Source of the DNA: Gammaproteobacteria bacterium
Lineage (GTDB): Bacteria > Pseudomonadota > Gammaproteobacteria > GCA-001735895
Assembly (NCBI GenBank): GCA_026989015.1
Contig: JALSKD010000183.1
Coordinates: 8,462 to 72,461, forward strand
DNA: 64,000 bases
Direction: 5' to 3'
Part shown: positions 30,982 to 43,301 of the stretch, in pieces
Position numbering within the stretch: the first letter of the stretch is position 1
Layout of the letters: each line of letters starts with the position of its first letter
Translations under genes and position numbers: made by a program
The notes under the pieces: generated by a model
The model's input: only the letters and a program-made list of their open reading frames with translations
Database searches by the model: none
Told to the model about the DNA's origin: nothing

Positions 30982-32379
30982 ATGACCGACACGCAACATC
31001 CTCATCAGGAACGGGTACTGATCATCGATTCCGACCCGGATCGTTCCCGTCACTTCCAGACCCTGCTCGATTTTCTCGGCTACCGCTGCGAAGCCAGCGA
31101 CGCAGGCCAGGTGCAACGGCAGGACACGCTCGATCTCGATGCCTATGCGGCGATCTTCGTCGACAACGATGAGGCCCTGCGTCACCATTTTCTGGAACTC
31201 AACCAGAAACAGAAATGCCAGTACCCGCTGGTGGTGATGACGGACGATCCGGGCAACGGGGAAGTGGCGCATCTGCCGTATATCTCCGCCATTGGCAATC
31301 ACCCCGATTACCGCTCCCTGAACCGGGTGCTGGAGAAGCTGCGCCATCACAACCGCCGGGAGCGTCGGCGCAGCAACCGCGAGATACAGAACCTGATCGG
31401 CTGCAGCCCTGCCATCGCCGAGATCAACCGCATGATCGAGCAGGTGGCCAATACCAGCGCCTCGGTGCTGATCATGGGCGAATCGGGCACCGGCAAGGAA
31501 GTGATCGCCCGCAACATTCACGCCCATTCGGACCGCAGGGACAAGCCCTTCGTGCCCATCAACTGCGGGGCGATTCCCTCCGAGCTGCTCGAAAGCGAAT
31601 TGTTCGGCCATGAAAAGGGCGCGTTCACCGGCGCAATCAGCGCCCGCAAGGGCCGCTTCGAGCTGGCCGACGGCGGAGTCATCTTTCTCGACGAGATCGG
31701 CGACATGCCGCTGAACATGCAGGTCAAGCTGTTGCGCGTGCTGCAGGAGCGTACCTACGAAAAGGTCGGCAGCAACCACAGCAACAAGACCGATGTGCGG
31801 GTCATCGCTGCCACCCATCGCCCGCTGGAGGACATGATCGCCAAGGGCAGTTTCCGCGAAGACCTCTACTATCGGCTCAATGTGTTCCCGATCGAGGTGC
31901 CGCCGCTGCGCGAACGGCGCGAGGATGTGCCGCCGCTGATCGACGAACTGATCGCCCGCATCGAGCGCGAGAAACGCGGCACCGTGCGCCTGACTGCCCG
32001 AGCCAAGCAGATGCTGGCCCAGTACGACTGGCCGGGCAATGTGCGCGAACTGGCCAACCTGATCGAGCGGCTGGCGATCCTGCATCCCCACGATGTGGTC
32101 GATGTGCGCGACCTCCCGGCCCGTTACCTCAGCGAGGAAGCCTGCCAGCGGCTCAAGGAGGAAACCGAAGTGCTGCCGGCCGAGACGCCGGTGGCCGCGC
32201 CCCACAGCCTGCCTGGCGGCGGGCTCGACCTCAAACAGTATCTGGCCGACATCGAGGTGGCGATGATCGAACAGGCGCTGGACGAAACCGGCAATGTGGT
32301 CGCACGCGCTGCCAATCTGCTCGGGATGCGGCGCACCACCCTGGTCGAAAAAATGCGCAAATACGCCATCGAGCGGTGA
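30982..32379 (+). CDS. fleQ: sigma-54-dependent flagellar master regulator FleQ/FlrA
   Basis: Receiver-like FleQ N-domain without the phospho-acceptor context, AAA+ domain GESGTGKE...GAFTGA, and a C-terminal HTH. Preceded by a conspicuously AT-rich 150-bp leader. Confidence 0.88.
   Translation: MTDTQHPHQERVLIIDSDPDRSRHFQTLLDFLGYRCEASDAGQVQRQDTLDLDAYAAIFVDNDEALRHHFLELNQKQKCQYPLVVMTDDPGNGEVAHLPYISAIGNHPDYRSLNRVLEKLRHHNRRERRRSNREIQNLIGCSPAIAEINRMIEQVANTSASVLIMGESGTGKEVIARNIHAHSDRRDKPFVPINCGAIPSELLESELFGHEKGAFTGAISARKGRFELADGGVIFLDEIGDMPLNMQVKLLRVLQERTYEKVGSNHSNKTDVRVIAATHRPLEDMIAKGSFREDLYYRLNVFPIEVPPLRERREDVPPLIDELIARIEREKRGTVRLTARAKQMLAQYDWPGNVRELANLIERLAILHPHDVVDVRDLPARYLSEEACQRLKEETEVLPAETPVAAPHSLPGGGLDLKQYLADIEVAMIEQALDETGNVVARAANLLGMRRTTLVEKMRKYAIER
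32342..32356 (+). promoter_or_regulatory. possible sigma-54 promoter for fleSR inside the fleQ 3' end
   Basis: TGGTCG-AAAAA-ATGC keeps the GG-N10-GC spacing, but the flanking match is weak. Confidence 0.3.
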
Positions 32380-32431
32380 AGGCCCAGCCGTCAAGAATCC
32401 GGCACCGACGCGCTCGGGGTTTTGCAAGTGA

Positions 32432-33562
32432 TTGAATTATCGTGCTTTTCGTTCGATGGATCGAAACCTGCTTTACCATCGTGTCGCCACTGTAAAACTC
32501 TGTTTCATGACCGCAATCCTGTTCCAGTCCAAAGCCCGGAGCCTTGCAAACGCAATGCCGGACCCCTTGCTTGATGCGATACCGGGCGCGGTCATCGTGC
32601 TCGACGCCAACGGTCGGGTGGCCCAGGCCAATGCCCAGGCCCGTGAACTGCTGGGCCCGGGACTCGAGGCCCGCCCCTGGCGCGAGATCGTGGCCGAAGC
32701 CTTTCTGCCCGAGCTGGATCAGGGTGAACTGCGCAGCCCCGACGGTCGTCAGTTCAACATCGCCACCCGTCCCCTCGGTTATGCACCGGGGCAGGTCCTG
32801 CTGTTGACCGAAGTGACCCAGACCCGGCAATTGCAGCGCGCCGCCCAGCAGAACCTGCATCTGATGACCCTTGGCAAGATGATGGCCAGCCTGGCCCACC
32901 AGATTCGCACGCCATTGACTTCAACGCTGCTCTATCTCTCCCAGGTTGCCGAGGGCGAATTGCCCGAGGACAAGCGGCAGCGCTTCTGTGGCAAGGCACT
33001 GGATCGGGTGCGGCATATCGAGGGCACCATCAACGACATGCTCAGCTTTGCCCACGGCGGCCAGTTTCACATGAGCGATTTCTCCATACAGGATCTGATT
33101 GCGGAATTGCAGGACCAGCTGCAACCCCAGTTGCCGCTGCGCAAGGCGCGCCTGGTACTGGACCTGTTGCCGCAGCCCGTTCTGATCAACGGCAACCGCA
33201 ATGCCTTGCTCGGCGCGCTTGCCAATCTGTGCATGAACGCACTGGATGCACGCCAACCCGACCGCGAGCTGCTGCTGAAGATCGAGCTCGGGTTGACAGC
33301 CCAGGGCGAAATCGCACTCAGCCTCTCGGACAACGGATGTGGGATGGACGAGACGACCTTGCAGCACCTTTTCGATCCCTTTTACACCACCAAGATGGAC
33401 GGTACCGGGCTGGGCCTCGCCGTGGTCCGTTCCGTCATCGAATCCCACCAGGGCCGCATCGAGGTGCGGTCCACGCCGGGGCAGGGCAGCCGTTTTGACA
33501 TCCACCTGCCCAGCCAGCAGGCCAGCACCACCCAACTCAGCGGAAAGGAACCACAGTCATGA
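32432..33562 (+). CDS. fleS: PAS-containing sensor histidine kinase FleS/FlrB (start uncertain)
   Basis: PAS segment LLDAIPGAVIVLDANGRV, H-box LAHQIRTPLT and an HATPase_c domain (DNGCGMD...GTGLGLAV). The track start is TTG 32432. In-frame ATGs at 32456, 32507 and 32555 are equally possible. Confidence 0.85.
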   Translation: MNYRAFRSMDRNLLYHRVATVKLCFMTAILFQSKARSLANAMPDPLLDAIPGAVIVLDANGRVAQANAQARELLGPGLEARPWREIVAEAFLPELDQGELRSPDGRQFNIATRPLGYAPGQVLLLTEVTQTRQLQRAAQQNLHLMTLGKMMASLAHQIRTPLTSTLLYLSQVAEGELPEDKRQRFCGKALDRVRHIEGTINDMLSFAHGGQFHMSDFSIQDLIAELQDQLQPQLPLRKARLVLDLLPQPVLINGNRNALLGALANLCMNALDARQPDRELLLKIELGLTAQGEIALSLSDNGCGMDETTLQHLFDPFYTTKMDGTGLGLAVVRSVIESHQGRIEVRSTPGQGSRFDIHLPSQQASTTQLSGKEPQS

Positions 33563-34908
33563 TCGACCTGTTGCTGGTTGAAGACGACGCCGATTTGCGT
33601 GAAGCCATCGGCGACATGCTGGAACTCAACGGCATCAGCTACATCGAGGCCGAAAACGGCCAGCAGGCCCAGCAGCTGCTGAGTGAACAGACGGTGGCGC
33701 TGGTGCTCAGCGATGTGCAAATGGCGCCCGGAAACGGCTATCAGCTGCTTGAGCACATCAATACCGAATACCCCGGTCTGCCGGTGATCCTGATGACCGC
33801 CTATGGATCGATTCCGCAGGCGGTGGACGCCATCCAGGCCGGCGCGGTCGATTATCTGGTCAAACCCTTCGAGGTGTCAGAACTGGTCAAGACCCTGCAA
33901 CAGCAACTCCTTCCCAGCGCCCGGCAGGCCGGTGAAACGCTGATTGCGGAGGACCCGCTGAGCCGTGAACTGGCCCAGCTGGCACGCCGTGTCGCCCAGT
34001 CCGACGCCACGGTGCTGCTCAACGGTGAAAGCGGGGTCGGCAAGGAAGTCCTGTCCCGGTACATTCACCGGCATTCGGCCCGGGCCGAAGGCCCCTTCGT
34101 GGCCATCAACTGTGCGGCGATACCGGAAAACATGCTCGAAGCCGTGTTGTTCGGTCACGAAAAAGGCGCCTTCACCGGCGCCATCAAGAGCAGCATGGGC
34201 AAGTTCGAACAGGCCCAGGGCGGCACTCTGTTGCTCGATGAAATCTCGGAAATGGATCTGGGCCTGCAGTCCAAGCTGCTGCGGGTGATTCAGGAACGGC
34301 AGGTGGAACGGCTCGGAGGCCAGACGCCGATCGATCTGGATGTACGGCTGATCGCCACCACCAACCGGGATCTGAAACAGGAAGTGGCCGAAAAACGCTT
34401 CCGCGAAGACCTCTATTACCGGCTCAATGTCTTTCCGCTGACGGTGCCGCCCCTGCGCCAGCGGCCGCTGGATATCATCCCCATCGCCGAGAAACTGCTC
34501 GCCACCTATCACCGCGCCGCCGGCGGTACCCTGACGCTCGACGAAAGCGCCCGCCAGCGCCTGCGCGCCCACGACTGGCCCGGCAATGTGCGCGAACTGG
34601 ACAATGTGATCCAGCGGGCGTTGATCCTCAAGCAGGGCAATGAAATAAGCGCCGATGACATCATGATCGAGACCGGCACTGCGCTCAATGCCATGCCGGG
34701 CGACGGTGTGGGTCACGAGGCGAATGAAGACGACAGTGGGTTGCTGCACAGCGACCTGCGTGACCGCGAGGCGCAGGTCATCATCGATACCCTCAAGCGT
34801 TTCAATGGCAGCCGCAAGAAGACCGCCGAGCAGCTGGGCATCAGCCCGCGCACGCTGCGCTACAAGCTGGCCCGGATGCGTGAGGCGGGCGCAGCCATTC
34901 CGGAGTAA
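33559..34908 (+). CDS. fleR: sigma-54-dependent response regulator FleR/FlrC
   Basis: Receiver (LVLSDVQM), AAA+ domain GESGVGKE...GAFTGA, and a Fis-type HTH. ATGA overlap with fleS. Confidence 0.9.
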   Translation: MIDLLLVEDDADLREAIGDMLELNGISYIEAENGQQAQQLLSEQTVALVLSDVQMAPGNGYQLLEHINTEYPGLPVILMTAYGSIPQAVDAIQAGAVDYLVKPFEVSELVKTLQQQLLPSARQAGETLIAEDPLSRELAQLARRVAQSDATVLLNGESGVGKEVLSRYIHRHSARAEGPFVAINCAAIPENMLEAVLFGHEKGAFTGAIKSSMGKFEQAQGGTLLLDEISEMDLGLQSKLLRVIQERQVERLGGQTPIDLDVRLIATTNRDLKQEVAEKRFREDLYYRLNVFPLTVPPLRQRPLDIIPIAEKLLATYHRAAGGTLTLDESARQRLRAHDWPGNVRELDNVIQRALILKQGNEISADDIMIETGTALNAMPGDGVGHEANEDDSGLLHSDLRDREAQVIIDTLKRFNGSRKKTAEQLGISPRTLRYKLARMREAGAAIPE

Positions 34909-34933
34909 GGGCTTGGGGAAGATGACGGGAATT

Positions 34934-34956
34934 CGCCCCCGGACAGTCCGGGGGCG
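34934..34956. terminator. GC hairpin between convergent fleR and the orphan gene (bidirectional terminator candidate)
   Basis: CGCCCCCGGA-CAG-TCCGGGGGCG. Confidence 0.5.
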
Positions 34957-34965
34957 GAGAGACCG

Positions 34966-35349
34966 TCAGAAACGGTGCTCAATGGTATTGCTCTTTGCGC
35001 TATGCCCCTTGGGAAGAAGCGGGGAGATTCGGACCTTGGCATATACTTCGTCGGTGGGGCGAGGGAAGCCGTCTTCATCGAGAATTTCCTCCCCGATGGT
35101 CACCGTTCGTGAACGCGATACCAGGCCATCGGCCTCCACATTGAAGGCACCGGTCGGGAAACGGAACAGGAAATCATCCGGATCCGGCGAGTCCTCCCCC
35201 CAGAGTTCGATGTTCTCGATGAATTTCAGGCACTTCATCCGCTTTTCGACGCAGGACAGATGTACCTTGTAGCTGACCTTGATCTTGGCCGTCTTCTTGC
35301 TGTGATCGTGCTTGATCAGTTTGAGCTTGAGGTTGGTGATGGAAGCCAT
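34966..35349 (-). CDS. hypothetical 127-aa protein; I recognise no family
   Basis: Strong RBS (AAGGAG 7 nt before the ATG). Visibly lower GC than the surroundings. No signal peptide or TM segment. Acidic motifs WGEDSPDPDDF and LDEDGFPRPTDE. Confidence 0.6.
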   Translation of the reverse strand: MASITNLKLKLIKHDHSKKTAKIKVSYKVHLSCVEKRMKCLKFIENIELWGEDSPDPDDFLFRFPTGAFNVEADGLVSRSRTVTIGEEILDEDGFPRPTDEVYAKVRISPLLPKGHSAKSNTIEHRF

Positions 35350-35600
35350 TTCGTTTCTCCTTAAACAATGGTAAATACTCCTGTCGCGGCCTTCTTTGGC
35401 CAGACAACTGCCGGGTTTCGGTTCATGCGAGGCGGGTCAGAACAGCCGTCGTGGAGCGCGGTGTCACCGAACTGCCTGCTGCGGACTGCAAGAATACAAG
35501 GGGGGATGGAATGACGCTGATCCTTCAGCCCGGATATCCTTGATTACAAGCATACGCCTGCCTCAAGGATCAGGTCAATAGATACGGGTATCAAACTTGT

Positions 35601-36779
35601 TTAGGGGGTGGCCGTATCTGCCTGCGCCGGCATTCGCCGCGGATCATGCGGCACCCGCTGGGCCAACAGCAGCGAGAGCAGGGCGATCCCTGCACCGCTG
35701 AGGAACACCCAGGCCGGGGAAATCATCCATACAAATCCCAGCGCGAATGGCAGCACCACGGCGGCAATGTGGTTGATGGAGAAGGCGACTCCGGCGGTGG
35801 AAGCAAAATCGGCCGGGTCGCCGATCTTCTTGAAGTAGCTTTTGAGCGCGATGGCCATGGCAAAGAACAGGTGATCGAGTACATACAGCACAGCGGCGAT
35901 CCATGCGGTTTCGACAAAGGCATAGGCGCTGAAGATGAGGATCAGCCCCAGGTATTCCAGCGTCAGCATGCGGCGCTCGCCGAGGCGGCCCACCAGCCGG
36001 CCGATCTTGGGCGCGAGCCAGATGTTCAGCACACCGTTGATCAGAAACAGTGCGGAGATATCGGCGGCGCTGTAGTGGAATTTCTCGACCATCAGGAATC
36101 CGGCGAAGACCACGAAGATCTGCCGTCGTGCGCCGGCCAGGAAGGTGAGCGCGTAATAGAGGCTGTAGTGTTTCCTCAGCACCAGATGCGTGTGTTGCTC
36201 GGCCTCGCCCCGGTAGTGGGGAAATCCTCGCCAGATCACCAGCGCCAGCGCCACGGTGGCCAGACCACCGCCGAGGTAGATCAGCGGGTAGTCCAGGTGC
36301 AGCCGATCCAGCAACAGCCAAAGAAGGGCGAACACGAACAGGCCGGTAAATGAACCCACGGCGATCTGGCGGCCCAGCACTTCCGGCATCTTCTCCTTCG
36401 AAATCAGCTGCATCGACAGGGATTGCTGCAGGGTTTCCGCATAGTGGAAGCCCAGTGACATCAGCACCGTGGTGAAATACAGGCCCATGACCGAGGGCAG
36501 GAAGCCGGTCACGGCGGTGCCGATGCCGAGCGCGATCAGCGACAGCACCACCAGTGTCTTTTCGCGCATCCAGGCCAGCAGGAAGACCGCGCCAAAGGCC
36601 AGGAAGCCCGGTACCTCGCGCAGGCTTTGCAGGGTACCCATGGCAATGCCGTCGAAGCCGGCTTCCTCGATGGCAAAATTGTTGAGCAGCGCCCGCCAGG
36701 TGGCGAAGGACAGCGGCACGGCCGCGGCCATCAGGTACAGCAGCATTTCAGGCGGCAGTTGGCGCAGTCGGTGGAGCAT
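35601..36779 (-). CDS. MFS transporter
   Basis: 392 aa with about 12 hydrophobic segments and no other recognisable motif. Confidence 0.75.
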   Translation of the reverse strand: MLHRLRQLPPEMLLYLMAAAVPLSFATWRALLNNFAIEEAGFDGIAMGTLQSLREVPGFLAFGAVFLLAWMREKTLVVLSLIALGIGTAVTGFLPSVMGLYFTTVLMSLGFHYAETLQQSLSMQLISKEKMPEVLGRQIAVGSFTGLFVFALLWLLLDRLHLDYPLIYLGGGLATVALALVIWRGFPHYRGEAEQHTHLVLRKHYSLYYALTFLAGARRQIFVVFAGFLMVEKFHYSAADISALFLINGVLNIWLAPKIGRLVGRLGERRMLTLEYLGLILIFSAYAFVETAWIAAVLYVLDHLFFAMAIALKSYFKKIGDPADFASTAGVAFSINHIAAVVLPFALGFVWMISPAWVFLSGAGIALLSLLLAQRVPHDPRRMPAQADTATP

Positions 36780-36894
36780 GAAGACCCGTCAGAGACGCTG
36801 TGGAGAGCGTCATTCTAGCAGATGGGGAAACAACCGGATGCCGAGCGGTCATAAGGGTATTGCCGCCCGATACCCCTGTCAGGAGAATGCTTCG

Positions 36895-37667
36895 ATGGTG
36901 ACCCTCGGTCAGTCCTTGCCGGTGCTGTTCATTGGCCACGGCTCGCCGGATATCCTGTTGCGGAGAGATCCGTTGCTGGAAGAGTGGGAACGGCAGGTCG
37001 CCGGCCTGCCCAGGCCGAGGCGCATCCTGGTTGTCTCCGCCCACTGGGAGAGCGACCGTTTCTCGGTGAGTGGCAACGGCCGCCGCGAAACGCTGTACGA
37101 TTTCAGCGGCTTCCCTCGGGCTCTCTACCGTTGCCAGTACCGGCCGCCGGCCGATGAAGCCGGTGCTGTCGAACTGTCACGCGCTCTGGACTGCCGGCTG
37201 GACAGTGAGCGGGGACTGGATCACGGTGCCTGGGTACCTCTGTCGGTGCTCTACCCGCAGCAGGACATACCGGTGATGCTGATGTCGGTGGCACCGTCAC
37301 TGGGTGCGGAAGCCCACTGGGCGATGGGCGAGCGGCTGGCCGGGCTGCGCAACGAGGGTGTGCTGATCGTCGCCAGCGGCGTGGTCGTGCACAACCTTTC
37401 GCGCTTGGGCGCCGACTGCCTGTCGCAACGGCCGCCGTCCTGGGCGCGGGCCTTCATGGATGCGGTGGGCCAGGCGGTGATGGAGGGTGACGCGGGGTCG
37501 TTGCAGGGCTACTCCAGGCTGCCGGGCGCGGCCGAATCCGTACCCACGCCGGAGCATTTTCTGCCGCTGCTGGTGGCCTGTGCCGCAGCGGGCGGCGATG
37601 CGCCGCGGATGTTCGCTGAGGCCTGGCGCTTCGACAGCCTTTCGCAGCACAGCTTCCGCTGGGGCGA

Positions 37668-37671
<4 letters not shown>
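36895..37671 (+). CDS. LigB-family class III extradiol dioxygenase (YgiD / 4,5-DOPA dioxygenase-like)
   Basis: ATG 36895 inside track ORF 36469..37671. LFIGHGSPD...ILVVSAHWE...DHGAWVPL. Confidence 0.75.
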
Positions 37672-40496
<2,825 letters not shown>

Positions 40497-40513
40497 GGGA
40501 ATCTCTCAAGCAA

Positions 40514-40533
40514 GACCCGCCGGAGGGCGGGTC
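40514..40533 (-). terminator. hairpin downstream of the 40580..41119 gene, lying in the ppc leader
   Basis: GACCCGCC-CTCC-GGCGGGTC followed by TTGCTT on the minus strand. Confidence 0.35.
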
Positions 40534-40579
40534 GGTGGGTGCAGCAGGGCGCCGGGGCAGGTCCGGCCGGATACCGGCT

Positions 40580-41119
40580 TCAGCGCTTGTCCTCGGGCTT
40601 TTCGACCGGTGGCGTGATCCGTTCCTGCTGGGCCTTGAAGCGTTTCAGGGCCTGTTCCAGTTCGCGGTCGATCCGTTCCAGCACCGCCTGGCGGTGGGCT
40701 TCGGCGCGCTTCATGATCTCGGCCAGCTGTTCGGACTGGTATTTCTGGTAACGGGCGAAGTCCTTGGCGTACTGTTCCGCGGCCTTGCGGTCACGCTCCA
40801 TCATTTCGCTGATGAATTGCTTGCGCTCCTCGAAACGCTTGCGGATCTGTTCCTCGGTCAGCGGCTCCGGCGGCACCAGCTGCTGCAGTTCCTCGGGCGT
40901 CGGGAAGCGAGGCATCATTGGCGGTGCATTGTCGATGCCGACCGGCGGTTCCGGCATCGCCGGGGGAGCGAAACGGCGTTTCATCGGGGGCGGAGGCGGG
41001 AAGGGCTGGCCATTGTCCATCATGCGCGGCATCGCGGCGCCGGGCGCGTTCTGGGCGCTGGCGCCACCGATGCCCAGCAGGGCGATCACGGCGGCCGGCA
41101 GAAGGTGTTTTCTGTTCAT
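40580..41119 (-). CDS. secreted proline-rich / coiled-coil protein with one LTXXQ-like motif (possible CpxP/Spy-like periplasmic protein)
   Basis: Signal peptide ending ASAQ, then PPPPPMKRRFAPPAMPEPP, then LTEEQIRKRFEERK and a long charged helix. The family call is tentative. Confidence 0.45.
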   Translation of the reverse strand: MNRKHLLPAAVIALLGIGGASAQNAPGAAMPRMMDNGQPFPPPPPMKRRFAPPAMPEPPVGIDNAPPMMPRFPTPEELQQLVPPEPLTEEQIRKRFEERKQFISEMMERDRKAAEQYAKDFARYQKYQSEQLAEIMKRAEAHRQAVLERIDRELEQALKRFKAQQERITPPVEKPEDKR

Positions 41120-41216
41120 CGCAGTCTCCTCTAGCGGTTTCCGACAGGCTGAAACAACGCGGCATTATGCCACAGACGGCCTGATGGCGCATCTGGCCGC
41201 CGGGGAGAACGGCGGG

Positions 41217-42497
41217 TTACCAGCGGAAGGCGTAGTTGACCTGGACGATCCAGGCCTCGACATCCGGGAACAGATCCTGGCTCCGCAACTGGCCCACGGC
41301 CTCCGTGGGGCTGCCGTCGCCGCTTTGCAGGTAGTATTCGAGGCGCACGGACCAGTCGTTGCCGAAAGGATCGGATTTGCCGTACTTGATGCCGACGGTG
41401 CGGGTGGACAGTTCACCCAGCCGGTAATCGGCCGATGCATGGCGCGGCAGCGGCTCGTCGCTGCGCAGGAAGTAGCGGTAAAAGTCCGCGGCCGTCTGCC
41501 GGTACAGGCGCAGGTGGGGCTGCAGGTAGTGGCCGCCGTCGAAGACCAGCCGGTAGCTCAGGTCCAGGGTCTGGGAGTCCACGCCCCAGTCGTCGGTCAT
41601 CCAGCGCAGTGAGGCGGTCAGCACGTCCTCGTTGGCGAAGGCCTTCTTGTATTTGCCGAAGATGCTTGTCTTGCTCCGTGTCGAAGGTCGGCTCTCGTAG
41701 AGGATGCGCACCGGATCGCCGGATACCGGATCGACCACCGACACGAACTTGTAGGGGTCGGTCATGTAGCCGTCGGCGGCGCTCAGCGACAGGTTGACCT
41801 GGAACAGGCTGCTGCGGTCGATAATCTGGGTGACACCGAGCAGCAGGTCGAGCACGGTTCGGCTCTTGTGTTCGCCGCCTTCCTCTTCATCGTCGTCATC
41901 GCCGCCATTGTCGTTGCTGGCATTGAGGTCCATCACGGTCAGCGGTTCGGGGGCGCCGCCGCTGGGGCTGATGGCGTCCAGTTCCAGGTTTGCGCCAATG
42001 TCGTAGCGGGTATTGCGCTGGTGGGTCTCGGTGCTCCAGCCGGCGTTGCCGGACAACGACAGGAAATCCTGTTCCACCGATACATTGGCGCCCAGCTTGA
42101 GCCGGTCGAAGCGGTCCAGTGCCTGATCCCAGGTGATGCCGTAGGAGGCGCGGGCATCGCGAAAGCTGGGATCCTTGGGCGTTTCGTTCGGGTCGACCGT
42201 GTAGGTGTCCTTGCCGGAGGGGCTGGTGAAGGTCTGCGGTTGAGAACTGGGCACGGCGCCATTGGCGGAAGCCCCGGTCAGTGCGTTGAGGGTCAGCTTC
42301 ATCGACAGAATGTCGGTGTCGTTGAGGTCCTTTTTGGCGCTGATCACCGGCTCTACGACGGAGACACGGTCGGTTTCCGAATACATCAGGACAGCGGTTT
42401 CCACATCCCAGGCCGATTCCGCCTGGGCATTGTGCGCGCCGAGCAGGCTGGCGGAGGCGGCCGACAGCAGGCCGGAGATTTTTCTGAATTCACTCAT
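41217..42497 (-). CDS. DUF3570-like outer-membrane beta-barrel protein
   Basis: Signal peptide. WDVETAVLMYSETDRVSVVEPVISAKKDL...LTLNALTGASANGA matches my memory of DUF3570. The C-terminal VNYAFRW is an OMP-type terminus. Confidence 0.7.
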   Translation of the reverse strand: MSEFRKISGLLSAASASLLGAHNAQAESAWDVETAVLMYSETDRVSVVEPVISAKKDLNDTDILSMKLTLNALTGASANGAVPSSQPQTFTSPSGKDTYTVDPNETPKDPSFRDARASYGITWDQALDRFDRLKLGANVSVEQDFLSLSGNAGWSTETHQRNTRYDIGANLELDAISPSGGAPEPLTVMDLNASNDNGGDDDDEEEGGEHKSRTVLDLLLGVTQIIDRSSLFQVNLSLSAADGYMTDPYKFVSVVDPVSGDPVRILYESRPSTRSKTSIFGKYKKAFANEDVLTASLRWMTDDWGVDSQTLDLSYRLVFDGGHYLQPHLRLYRQTAADFYRYFLRSDEPLPRHASADYRLGELSTRTVGIKYGKSDPFGNDWSVRLEYYLQSGDGSPTEAVGQLRSQDLFPDVEAWIVQVNYAFRW

Positions 42498-42512
42498 CGC
42501 TGTGCCTCCGTC

Positions 42513-42740
42513 CTAGTTGCAACCGCAGCCGCCGCCGGCAAAGCCCTGGCCACCGCTGGAAGCCTCCTTGCTGAAGTAGATGTGTTCGTCCAGCGACAGG
42601 TCCAGGGCGTCGGCGTCCATCGCCATCTCGGCGCGGGCCAGCTGGTCGCGTTCCCAGGGCTTGACGCCGAGGCTGGAGCAGCCGCCAAGCAGCAGCAGAG
42701 CGGCCAGCAGGGGGGTAAAGCGGAGTACGGAGCGGTTCAT
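42513..42740 (-). CDS. DUF4266-like small lipoprotein (75 aa) ending GGGCGCN
   Basis: Lipobox LLGGC. KPWERDQLARAEMAMD...HIYFSKEASSGGQGFAGGGCGCN. Confidence 0.7.
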   Translation of the reverse strand: MNRSVLRFTPLLAALLLLGGCSSLGVKPWERDQLARAEMAMDADALDLSLDEHIYFSKEASSGGQGFAGGGCGCN

Positions 42741-43201
42741 AGCAGTTCCTCGATTTCGGCTTCGATCTCGCCTGTCTTGTCGCTGTAGAACCCGACATGG
42801 CGCTTGACCGGTTTGCCATTGCGGTCGATCAGGTAGGAGGTGGGCATGCCCTGCAGCTTGAAGGATTCGGCAATGTGCCCGCTGGGATCATGGTAGATGG
42901 TGAAGTCGGCGGGCAATTTTTCGAGGAAGCGCATCATCGGTTCACGCTTGCGGTCGAGATTGATGGTCACCACCTCAAAGCGGTCGGACGGGTATTTCTT
43001 TTGCAGACGGTTCATCCACGGAAAGGATTTCTGGCAGGGCTTGCACCAGGACGCCCAGAAATCCAGGTACACGACCTTGCCGCGGTAGGTGTCGAGACTG
43101 AAGGTGCCGATGTCACGGATATCGGGTTCGGCGGCCAGGACTGCGGTGGAGAGCAGGGCCAGCAAGAGAAGCATAAACGGGCGGGAGGAGGTTCGGTTCA
43201 T
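42737..43201 (-). CDS. periplasmic TlpA/ResA-family thiol:disulfide oxidoreductase
   Basis: Signal peptide and thioredoxin fold with FWASWCKPC (CxxC). ATGA overlap with the DUF4266-like gene. Confidence 0.85.
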   Translation of the reverse strand: MNRTSSRPFMLLLLALLSTAVLAAEPDIRDIGTFSLDTYRGKVVYLDFWASWCKPCQKSFPWMNRLQKKYPSDRFEVVTINLDRKREPMMRFLEKLPADFTIYHDPSGHIAESFKLQGMPTSYLIDRNGKPVKRHVGFYSDKTGEIEAEIEELL

Positions 43202-43213
43202 GGCGGGTATGTG

Positions 43214-43269
43214 CAGGTTTTCAGTGGGTGTTGGGATCAGTCTAGCGGGCAGGTTGTAAATGCCAGGTT
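43214..43269. promoter_or_regulatory. three copies of the hexamer CAGGTT in the 100-bp gap upstream of the tlpA-like operon (candidate response-regulator sites)
   Basis: CAGGTT at 43214, 43250 and 43264 (AACCTG on the coding strand). The two distal copies are 14 bp apart. Confidence 0.3.
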
Positions 43270-43301
43270 AACATAAGGGAAAATAATACCAATTAAGGCG
43301 T

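Noticed and set aside
32380-32431. CGGCAC...TTTTGCAA in the fleQ-fleS spacer considered as the fleSR sigma-54 promoter.
   Set aside because: The GG-N10-GC spacing does not fit either element. The weaker but correctly spaced candidate at 32342-32356 is listed instead, with low confidence.
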